DNA of 64,000 nt, taken from Gloeobacterales cyanobacterium (lineage in GTDB: Bacteria > Cyanobacteriota > Cyanobacteriia > Gloeobacterales > PMM-0068). The notes under the pieces are model-generated. The model saw only the letters and a list, made by a program, of their open reading frames with translations, was not told where the DNA came from and did no database searches. This document shows, piece by piece, positions 27,670 through 35,290 of the stretch. Every line of letters begins with the position of its first letter. Position 1 is the stretch's first letter. The position numbers and the translations under genes were made by a program. The stretch spans positions 138,750 through 202,749 of the forward strand of contig JBBRSB010000003.1 in assembly GCA_038245785.1 (NCBI GenBank), read 5' to 3'.

Positions 27670-27990
27670 TTTGCTGGACTGCTGCCAGTGGAAGACTGGG
27701 TGCGGATCTTGAAAGCATTGCAGGCACTGGGATTTACGCTACACGTGCCAAAATTGGGCGCATTTTCAGAAGAACCAGAGCGTCTGCAGTCGGTTTTCCA
27801 AGGGCTGACTGAATTTCGAGAACATCGAGGGGGAAAGTTAGCCCTAAGGCTATTGGCCGGTATCAGCGCTGGGGTGGAAGTGCATCAAATCAACCTGGCC
27901 CTGTATCAGCAGACGATTGCCTGTTTGCAAGTACTGGACCAGAGACCTCTAGAGTTTCCAGCACAGCGCAGGAGATCTCATGCGTATTAA
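27160..27990 (+). CDS. Chimeric ORF: diverged EboE N-terminal ~170 aa fused to a diverged EboD C-terminal ~90 aa
   Basis: 276 aa. Residues 1-170 (MSANDRFHLTYCTNTDSGETWQAVWTNLQ...) parallel EboE 1-170 (MRINDRFHLTYCTNTHPGETWQAVWTNLQ...). From FAGLLPVEDWVRILKALQALGF... it parallels the EboD C-terminus (FAGLLPAEDWTRILNALQALGF...VEVHQINLELYQQAI). It keeps an AGGAG Shine-Dalgarno sequence. It may be a duplication by-product (pseudogene) or a retained gene. Confidence 0.6.
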   Translation: MSANDRFHLTYCTNTDSGETWQAVWTNLQRPMPGLKQSPSPDQPFGIGLRLANLASQELLVNRRLTDLKARLAAEKIYAFTLNSSPYGSSHHHVRRDQVYKPDWSTVGRLLHTRRLARIRAKLLLDGTESHISNLPHSCKPWFFGIPEARALVFQSSTVALTTLVMNLVNFAGLLPVEDWVRILKALQALGFTLHVPKLGAFSEEPERLQSVFQGLTEFREHRGGKLALRLLAGISAGVEVHQINLALYQQTIACLQVLDQRPLEFPAQRRRSHAY

Positions 27991-28489
27991 CGACCGATTT
28001 CATCTTACCTACTGCACAAACACTCATCCTGGCGAGACGTGGCAAGCGGTTTGGACCAATCTTCAGCAATATTTGCCTGGGCTGAAGCAGTCGCTATCAC
28101 CGGATCAACCGTTTGGTATTGGCTTGCGCTTAGCAGATCTGGCCAGTCGAGAACTTTTGGTGGGCGACCGACTGGCGAAGCTTAAAGCGTGGCTGGAGAC
28201 AGAGAATCTCTATGTCTTTACCCTGAATGGTTTTCCCTACGGCAGTTTCCATCACCAAGTCATAAAAGACCAGGTCTATGCTCCAGATTGGACCACGGTC
28301 GAGCGGCTAGAGTACACAAGGCGATTGGTAAAAGTTCTAGCAGAGCTGCTGCCGGAAGGGATGGAAGGCAGTATTTCCACCCTACCGCTCTCCTACAAGC
28401 CTTGGTTTTTCGGTACGCCAGAAGCGCTGGATCCCGTATTTCAGTCGAGTGCCGTTGCCCTCGCGGCCTTAGTGATAGATCTGGTCAAT
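27670..28489 (+). repeat. Tandem duplication unit, copy 2 (diverged eboD 3'-like part + spacer + authentic eboE 5' part)
   Basis: It begins at tttgctggactgctgccagt (27670) and ends at ...atagatctggtcaat (28489). The unit is ~12 bp longer than copy 1 because of indels around the former eboD stop and spacer. Confidence 0.85.
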
Positions 28490-29227
28490 CTCCAGGCGAA
28501 AACAGGCAAACTAATTCATCTGGGCCTCGAACCGGAGCCAGATGGACTTTTGGAAAACACGCAGGAAGTGGTGACCTTTTTCGATCGCTGGCTTTTGCCC
28601 TGCGGGAGCACAGAACTTATGCAGCACTTCGGGATCTCTAACGACAAGGCTCTAGCGTGTCTGCGCAACCACCTCCGAGTCTGCTACGACACCTGTCACT
28701 TTGCCGTGGAATATGAAGAGCCTGAAATCGCCCTACGCCAGTTGCAAGAGGAAGGAATTGGAGTCAGCAAAATTCAACTCAGTTCAGCGGTGCGCATTCC
28801 AATTCCGGCTGAGCTAGCAGAACGTCAAGCGATTTTACAGCGACTACAGCCCTTTGCCGAATCGACCTATCTGCACCAGGTGATCGCCAGACAGCCAGAC
28901 GGCAGGCTGAAAACAGACGGCAGGCTGAAACGGTACCGTGATTTAGAGCAAGCGCTACCAGAATTCCTGACAACAGACGCAGCGGAGTGGCGTACCCATT
29001 TCCATGTCCCCATTTTTCTCCAAGACTATTCGCTGCTGCAATCAACGCAGGAACATCTTGTAAAAACCTTGTCTTATCTGCAGGCATTTCCCCTCTCTAG
29101 CCATCTCGAAATCGAAACCTATACCTGGGACGTATTGCCCGCCGACATCAAGTTTAATCTCGCCCACTCGATTCAACGCGAGTATGACTGGGTGCTGCAG
29201 CAATTGCGGATTCCAATCGTGGTTTAG
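27980..29227 (+). CDS. eboE: EboE, TIM-barrel (xylose-isomerase-like) protein
   Basis: 415 aa at the position and size of eboE. N-terminus MRINDRFHLTYCTNTHPGE; internal HLGLEPEPDG and CYDTCHF are typical of the xylose-isomerase-like TIM-barrel fold. Confidence 0.75.
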   Translation: MRINDRFHLTYCTNTHPGETWQAVWTNLQQYLPGLKQSLSPDQPFGIGLRLADLASRELLVGDRLAKLKAWLETENLYVFTLNGFPYGSFHHQVIKDQVYAPDWTTVERLEYTRRLVKVLAELLPEGMEGSISTLPLSYKPWFFGTPEALDPVFQSSAVALAALVIDLVNLQAKTGKLIHLGLEPEPDGLLENTQEVVTFFDRWLLPCGSTELMQHFGISNDKALACLRNHLRVCYDTCHFAVEYEEPEIALRQLQEEGIGVSKIQLSSAVRIPIPAELAERQAILQRLQPFAESTYLHQVIARQPDGRLKTDGRLKRYRDLEQALPEFLTTDAAEWRTHFHVPIFLQDYSLLQSTQEHLVKTLSYLQAFPLSSHLEIETYTWDVLPADIKFNLAHSIQREYDWVLQQLRIPIVV

Positions 29228-29276
29228 TCCGTCACAGCCAATCTACACCTAACCTTTTCACCCAAGCTCCTAACCG

Positions 29277-30650
29277 ATGATGCAAAGAACCGCTGTCCTG
29301 AATGTTGTTGGACTGACTCCCGCTTGCCTCGGTGCTCATATGCCGAAGCTGACAGCTTGGGCAGTACGGGGGCAACAAGCGAACATCACACCGATGCTGC
29401 CAGCGGTGACCTGTAGCGTTCAAGCGACCTATCTCACCGGCAAATATCCCAATGAGCACGGCATTGTCGCCAATGGTTGGTACTTTCGAGATGAGTGTGA
29501 GGTGAAATTTTGGAGACAGTCTAATGCTCTGGTACAGGCTCCAAAAATCTGGGAGATTGCCCGAGAAAGGGATCTCACCTTCACCTGCGCCAACTTGTTC
29601 TGGTGGTACAACATGTACTCCTCCGTCGACTACGCCGTCACACCACGCCCTATGTATCCAGCAGATGGGCGTAAGCTACCGGATATCCATACCCACCCAG
29701 CCGCTATCCGTCCTAAGCTTCAAGAGGAACTTGGGCCATTTCCTTTATTCAAGTTCTGGGGGCCGGCAACGACGATTGAATCCAGTCAGTGGATTGCGAA
29801 TTCAGCAAAGTGGATTGAAACAAACGCCAGTCCGACGCTCTCGCTGGTATACCTACCCCATCTGGACTATTGCACCCAGAAAGTGGGCTCTACTCCAGCG
29901 CAGGACCTCCAGGAAATCGATGCCGTAGTCGGAGATCTGATTGAGTTCTACGAGGCAAGAGGGGTACAGCCTGTCGTCCTCTCTGAATATGGCATTACGC
30001 CCGTTTCTCAGCCAGTGCACCTGAACCGAATGCTGCGCTCAGCGGGATTCCTCCAAGTTCGGACAGAGTTGGGCTTAGAACTACTGGATGCAGGGGCTAG
30101 TCAAGCGTTTGCTGTTGCTGACCATCAGCTAGCCCATGTCTACATCAATGACCCCACCATTTTGGAGCAGGTGAAGGCACTTTTAGAGAAAACGCCAGGC
30201 GTAGCAAGGGTATTAGATGAGGCTGGCAAGCAGGAACAGTATCTAAACCACGAACGTTCAGGTGAACTAGTGGTCATCGCCGAACCGCAAGCCTGGTTCA
30301 CCTACTACTACTGGCTTGACGACACCAAGGCTCCCGACTTCGCCCGAACCGTCGATATTCACCGAAAACCAGGATATGACCCTGTGGAACTGTTTTTCGA
30401 TCCCCAAATTCGTTTCCCCAAGCTAAAGGTTGCGAAAACGTTGCTCAAGCGCAGATTAGGAATGCGATCGCTGATGGACCTGACTCCGCTGAATGCCGAT
30501 TTGGTGCGCGGATCTCACGGCCATCTACCAGGTTCATCAAGAGACTGGCCAATGGTGATTACACAGAGGTCAGAGCTCTTACAAAGTGCCTCTATCTCTG
30601 CTGTCGATGTCTGTTCCCTGATTCTGAATCATTTGAACTTGAGCCCCTAA
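29277..30650 (+). CDS. eboF: EboF, nucleotide pyrophosphatase/phosphodiesterase (alkaline-phosphatase superfamily)
   Basis: 457 aa with VLNVVGLT...MLPAVTCSVQATYLTGKYPNEHGIVANGW (Thr nucleophile region) and VRGSHG near the C-terminus. Confidence 0.8.
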   Translation: MMQRTAVLNVVGLTPACLGAHMPKLTAWAVRGQQANITPMLPAVTCSVQATYLTGKYPNEHGIVANGWYFRDECEVKFWRQSNALVQAPKIWEIARERDLTFTCANLFWWYNMYSSVDYAVTPRPMYPADGRKLPDIHTHPAAIRPKLQEELGPFPLFKFWGPATTIESSQWIANSAKWIETNASPTLSLVYLPHLDYCTQKVGSTPAQDLQEIDAVVGDLIEFYEARGVQPVVLSEYGITPVSQPVHLNRMLRSAGFLQVRTELGLELLDAGASQAFAVADHQLAHVYINDPTILEQVKALLEKTPGVARVLDEAGKQEQYLNHERSGELVVIAEPQAWFTYYYWLDDTKAPDFARTVDIHRKPGYDPVELFFDPQIRFPKLKVAKTLLKRRLGMRSLMDLTPLNADLVRGSHGHLPGSSRDWPMVITQRSELLQSASISAVDVCSLILNHLNLSP

Positions 30651-30791
30651 TCCCTCATGTGATAGCTCCCTGAGCGGAGTCGTGTCTGGCACAAGGTACC
30701 TGCTGCCGTAGGCAGATTGAACAGGTAGGCGAAGCCGAGAAGGGAGCTTGTTCCGGAAACAGAAGGATTGATTGGATTTGGCTACATCTTG

Positions 30792-30827
30792 CTACAGCCC
30801 AACCACAGCCCGGAATTGTTTATCCTC
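30792..30827 (-). pseudogene. Orphan copy of the last ~11 codons + stop of the TPR gene at 31962
   Basis: ctacagcccaaccacagcccggaattgtttatcctc matches 31962-31997 (ttacagcccaaccaaagcccggaactgtttatcctc) at 33 of 36 positions. The minus frame reads EDKQFRAVVGL*, against EDKQFRALVGL* in the gene. Confidence 0.6.
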
Positions 30828-30863
30828 TGTCTCAGCTATCGCATCGCAAGCTTAGCGATCACT

Positions 30864-31109
30864 CTACACTTCACTGCGAGCCAGATTCAACAGTTTACCC
30901 TGAACAGATTCCATTTTGGAATCTCGGATGTACGTACTGGCATTGATGCTTTCCACGCCAATTAACTCTCCGGATGCATTCAGTTCAGCAGTGATATTCG
31001 GGCTAATTTCAACACTTGCTGATTCTGGCTCTTCGGAGATGAGCAGATGAAGAATATCCTCTTCTCTGAAGTAATTCATTTGTGGCAATGTTTGCTTATT
31101 GTCAGACAT
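30864..31109 (-). CDS. DUF2283-family small protein
   Basis: 81 aa: ...YFREEDILHLLISEEPESASVEISPNITAELNASGELIGVESINAS.... This is the typical DUF2283 pattern (YD.E.D.L.I....... , ....D....G.I.GIEI..AS). Confidence 0.65.
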   Translation of the reverse strand: MSDNKQTLPQMNYFREEDILHLLISEEPESASVEISPNITAELNASGELIGVESINASTYIRDSKMESVQGKLLNLARSEV

Positions 31110-31276
31110 TTGGGATAAACCGTCCAGTTTTTAGACGAAATCGAATTTGTTGTCGAGTTGTGGCGTGAGTTGTAATCGGTGTAATTATATTTTTATAGAG
31201 ATATTAGTCATGGATTTTTCTCTCTTTTTCTTACTTTGCCAGTAAGTAATTAGCTTCTGCATGAACCAGGATAGAA

Positions 31277-31861
31277 CTAGCTGTGCCCCATGTTTAACCA
31301 ACCAAACACTTGATTGACCGTGAGGGTTAGATCTAGTTCGGGCAAGGCCGGAAGAACTTGATTCCCCTGACACAGGATGGGCTGTTGCCGAGGCAGTAAA
31401 ACTAAAATACTGAGATCATCCGGGTCAACAAACCAACCCATACGGCTGCCATGCTCTAGACAATGAAGCAGATTCCCCAGCACTTTGTTTGGCCCCTGTT
31501 GGGGGGAAAGAATTTCAATCGTCCAATCTGGTGGAAGGTCAAAGTTGTCCGGAACATCACCCTCGGGGGTGAAAGGGATACGATCCCACCGAAAGATAGC
31601 CACATCGGGAACGATCGATCGCCCTGCAAAGCTACATCTCAATTCTGGGAATGCATAGGCAATCTTTGGCTCCTCAGCAACTTGATTGATCGCTGCACAG
31701 AGCTTTGCCTGCAAACGGCTATGTCTTCCTTTTGGCATGGGCTTCTGAATCACCTGTCCGTCGATGTATTCACGCGCAGGTTTGGTTTCTGGCAGTTCCA
31801 GAAATTCCTGCAATGTCAACGGTTTGGAGCGTGCTTGTGTCATTCGGATCGCCTGCAACAC
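31277..31861 (-). CDS. Uma2-family (DUF820) putative endonuclease
   Basis: 194 aa with LTLQEFLELPETKPAREYIDGQVIQKPMPKGRHS...PDVAIF...PDWTIEILSP. The start could instead be the internal ATG at 31843. Confidence 0.85.
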   Translation of the reverse strand: MLQAIRMTQARSKPLTLQEFLELPETKPAREYIDGQVIQKPMPKGRHSRLQAKLCAAINQVAEEPKIAYAFPELRCSFAGRSIVPDVAIFRWDRIPFTPEGDVPDNFDLPPDWTIEILSPQQGPNKVLGNLLHCLEHGSRMGWFVDPDDLSILVLLPRQQPILCQGNQVLPALPELDLTLTVNQVFGWLNMGHS

Positions 31862-31961
31862 AACAAGGCTAATTCCACAATTTATTGTATGCGATTCTCA
31901 CGATGCGAGGTTTGATTTAGCTGTCTGGTTCGCTTTGAGGATAAGGAAAACACCGAGCGAT

Positions 31962-33239
31962 TTACAGCCCAACCAAAGCCCGGAACTGTTTATCCTCCCG
32001 AATGTTATCAAAGTCGGAATCTGTTTTTGCTACCTCTCGAGACTTTGCATATAAATCAATTGCCCGTCGCAAATTCTCGATCGCTGCTTTGAATTCTTTC
32101 TTTAAGCTATAGGCACAAGCTTTTTTGTAGTAAGCCTCAGCATAATCAGGCTTGAGCTTAAGGGCTTGGTTGTAGTCTACGATTGCTTGAGTATAGTTGC
32201 CCTGCGTAGAGTAAACACTCCCCCTAGTGTAATAGCCCTCAGCATGGTTCGGCTCGAGCTTAAGAGCTTGGTTGAAGTCTACAATCGCATTCTTATAATC
32301 GCTTTTGGAGTAGTAGGAGATTCCACGAAAAAAGTAAACTGCCTCCTGCCCCAGGGTTGTCACTGGCTCCTTCACCTGCTCCAGCGCAGACGTGAATCGA
32401 ACAATTGCCCCTTCTCAATCCGATTTTGCATATTGCACCATTCCCAGACTGAAAAGCGTAAGGTAGCTCATCTCTTTGAAGAGCCGAGTTTGCAGGTTAA
32501 AGCTATTCAGTTCAGCAATCGCTGAAGTTTGGGCTTTTCCTTTGGCTGTTTCTTCTAGCTCAGGAAAATAATCTGGAGGTTTCATCACCTCAAAGTGAAC
32601 GCTGACTTGTACATTTATTGGAGTGACACCATAATCACCCCAAATCACGATCGATGCTTTCTGCTGATCGCCTATGGCACGGGCGCTTTGCTTTTCAGTG
32701 ATGGTTTGGTTCAGCTCTTTCACCTCGACATCCGTATAGTGTTTAGTAGCTTCTTCCAGGTTTTTCCGAATGTTTTTTGCTACCCGATACCTCTTCGGCT
32801 CAACGCCATCAAAATCAGCAACCAGAACAATAATGTCTTTGGGAGGAAGGTTCTGGACATAAAACCAGTCTGCAACACCAGAAAGACTAAGAATTGGGAT
32901 CATAATTAGTCCAGTATTGGCCAATCGACGAATCCATTTCCGATTTTGTTTTTCTTTTGCCTGGGCTTTCACTTGCGCATCTGACAGCGACAAAAATCCC
33001 GATTGCCCCTTATCCTGTTGTTCTGGCTTACATAAGCGGGCGTAGTAAAGGCAGATACTCAGTAATAGTAAAATTCCAACAGTCAGCGAAATCAGCGCAA
33101 GCAATCCAGCATCTTTATCGGCGAAAAGCTTGAAAAGTCCATAAACAACAAGAATAAACGAGATAACTGACGAGACGGGGGTACTAAGATTCTTTAGAAA
33201 CGTCCCCAAGCTAGGGTTGGAGTCATTGCCACTGCCCAT
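31962..33239 (-). pseudogene. Membrane-anchored TPR-repeat protein interrupted by a single in-frame TGA
   Basis: ORFs 32415..33239 and 31962..32375 are in the same frame, separated only by TGA at 32415-32417. The read-through sequence ...LGMVQYAKSD*EGAIVRFTSALEQ... forms a TPR-like repeat paralleling the downstream YSKSDYKNAIVDFNQALKL. Confidence 0.7.
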
Positions 33240-33560
33240 GTAACGGTTCTCACTTAACTATTTCGGTGGTATCGAGCAGTAACCGAGCTGAGAAAGAAGT
33301 GCACGTAGTCGGTCTTACGGGCTGCTCCACTGAGAAAGCAGCATAACATGGGTCGCGTAGGGGCAAGTCTAAAATGAAAAAATAGGGAGTACTAGCAAAG
33401 GACGAATTATCTTCGTAGTCCTCACTCGACGAGAGGGAATGATTCGGGTTGTCACAGCCAGGAATGCAACAAACGCCTGGGCGATGGGCGATCTGCTTGC
33501 AGCAGCGCTTCGCTATCGCACTAAGATAAACTAGAAGAGGCCTATTCACTCTATCTGATA

Positions 33561-33785
33561 ATGGACGTTGTAAAACTGACCACCAAAATTGATGAATATG
33601 GTTGTTTGAATCTTAGTATTCCAACGCAATTAGCGGGAGCTGAGGTAAATGTTGTTGTGGTGGTGAATCCAGTTTCATCAGTCGAGAAGCCGCAATGCAA
33701 GTATGATTTCTCTGATTTAGTAGGTCGATTAACCTGGCAGGGAGATGCCGTCGCAATGCAGAGGAATCTCCGGGATGAGTGGTGA
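33561..33785 (+). CDS. VapB-type antitoxin (partner of a PIN toxin)
   Basis: 74 aa. The C-terminus ...DLVGRLTWQGDAVAMQRNLRDEW is typical of cyanobacterial antitoxins encoded upstream of PIN genes. It overlaps the toxin ATG by 11 nt. Confidence 0.6.
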   Translation: MDVVKLTTKIDEYGCLNLSIPTQLAGAEVNVVVVVNPVSSVEKPQCKYDFSDLVGRLTWQGDAVAMQRNLRDEW

Positions 33786-34152
33786 TCGCTAACTGCTGGA
33801 TACAAATGCAATCGTAGCGCTGCTCCAGGGAAATTCTCAACTCGTTCAATTATCGAAAAATGCTGATTGGATAGGGATTTCAGTCATTAGCCAAATTGAG
33901 TTTTTGGCGTTTTCTGGGTTAACTCAAGCCGATCGTCAACTTTTTCAAGAGTTTCTTCAACGAATAGAGGTTGTTGATTTAACGTCAACTGACGCTGAGT
34001 TGGTTGAGAAAATCATTGAAGTTCGCCAACAGTTTCGATTGAAATTACCGGACGCGATCGTGGCTGCTATGGCGATCCAAAATTCAGCAGGTGTAGTAAC
34101 AGCCGATCGAGAATTTGCGAAGGTCAACGTTTTAACGGTAATTAATTGGTAG
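33775..34152 (+). pseudogene. vapC: PIN-domain VapC toxin with a premature TAA at codon 6
   Basis: ATG 33775 gives MSGDR-TAA(33790-33792)-LLDTNAIVALLQGNSQLVQL...LTQADRQLFQEF...AIVAAMAIQNSAGVVTADREFAKV.... The stop sits where PIN toxins usually have an aromatic residue just before the catalytic LLDTN Asp. Confidence 0.7.
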
Positions 34153-34404
34153 CGATCGTCCACAGCCCTGTTCTAACCCACTATCCGAATAGAATCGGTG
34201 CATTACGCTCCCTATGGCTGTTAACGTGCAGTGCCACGAAAAGACCGCATCCTCCTTGCGGTAGGGCAGTAGATCACCTGTGAAATGTTTGAAAGAATTT
34301 TGGTTTTGGGGTTCACCGGGTGCATTATAGTGATGCTCCCCTGACGATCCTACCCCTCCCGTCATGAAGTGTGGTCTAGCAGGGGACTCTCGGAGAATAT
34401 AAAG

Positions 34405-35019
34405 ATGATTCAAGCCGTACCAAAACTGACCACCTTCGATGAGTTCATGGATTGGTACCCAGAGAACTCTGAATATCGCTATGAACTGCACGATGGGGTG
34501 ATTGTTCAAATGCCCAAACCGACAGGTCCACATACCAAAGTTGCTAGCTTCATCCGAAGCAAGCTAGATCGTGAGATTGAACGCCTTAATCATCCCTACT
34601 TCATCCCTAGAGAATGCATTGTGAAGCCTAACGACCAATCGGGCTATGAACCTGATGTAATTGTGTTGAATGAGGAATTGCTACAAAATGATCCGAGATG
34701 GGAGAAAGAGTCCACGATTACCAAAAGGGCATCGGCGGTTCTAATCATTGAAGTGGTTTCTACAAACTGGCGAGACGACTACTACAAAAAATTTGCAGAC
34801 TATGAAGCGATGGGCATCGGCGAGTATTGGGTCGCGGATTACTTAGCCTTGGGGGGACGAAAATATATTGGTTCTCCAAAGCAACCCACTATTTCAGTTT
34901 ATGAGTTGATCGAAGGGGAATACGAGCTGAAGCAGTTTAGAGGAAACGATCGCATCCTCTCACCCAATTTCCCTAAATTGGAATTGACCGCAGAACAAGT
35001 GTTTGCAAAAGGAAGGTGA
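34405..35019 (+). CDS. Uma2-family putative endonuclease
   Basis: ORF 34369..35019 trimmed to ATG 34405 (GGAGA upstream). Sequence: MIQAVPKLTTFDEFMDWYPENSEYRYELHDGVIVQMPKPTGPHT...PDVIVL...LIIEVVS. Confidence 0.85.
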   Translation: MIQAVPKLTTFDEFMDWYPENSEYRYELHDGVIVQMPKPTGPHTKVASFIRSKLDREIERLNHPYFIPRECIVKPNDQSGYEPDVIVLNEELLQNDPRWEKESTITKRASAVLIIEVVSTNWRDDYYKKFADYEAMGIGEYWVADYLALGGRKYIGSPKQPTISVYELIEGEYELKQFRGNDRILSPNFPKLELTAEQVFAKGR

Positions 35020-35174
35020 CCGTTATAGAACAGGGAACACTTCTGTAGCAGCAGATCTGCCCTGCGCGGCGTCCACTGCATCGACTGCTTCTTGACCATC
35101 CGTTTGGAAATCAACCCACCCCCTGAAAATTGGTGGCCTCGCACGCACGGGGACCAGCCTGAAATGAACAAAAA

Positions 35175-35200
35175 AAGCCCATGCGTGCGGTTGTGGGCTT
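35175..35200 (-). terminator. Rho-independent terminator oriented on the minus strand, with no annotated minus-strand gene upstream
   Basis: The stem aagccca (35175-35181) / tgggctt (35194-35200) has a 12-nt loop. On the minus strand it is followed by a run of 7 U (plus-strand A run ending at 35176). Confidence 0.55.
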
Positions 35201-35290
35201 CATATCGGTTCGGAAAACGAGATTGCAGCAACGGCTAGCGGGTTTCTCTTACTGAGGATAGGATGGCCAAGTACCTGCGGAGTAACGCTT

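Noticed and set aside
27468-28641. Two Arg/Ala-rich alternative-frame ORFs (27468..27812 and 28189..28641) that resemble each other.
   Set aside because: Their similarity follows simply from the tandem duplication: it is the same off-frame read in both copies. There are no motifs or start context. They are not independent genes.
33240-33560. 320-bp ORF-free spacer between the TPR gene start and vapB, with several short hairpins. I considered a structured ncRNA: RNase P, tmRNA, SRP RNA, 6S RNA or a group II intron domain V.
   Set aside because: None of the hallmark conserved strings of those RNAs is present, and the hairpins are short (5 bp). It is most simply a divergent promoter and 5'-UTR region. 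Only a covariance-model scan could revise this.
34153-34404. Minus-strand ORF 34132..34533 (133 aa) spanning the vapC/Uma2 spacer. I considered it as a gene remnant.
   Set aside because: It overlaps the well-supported Uma2 start region and has no recognisable motif in its translation. I could not tie it to any family.
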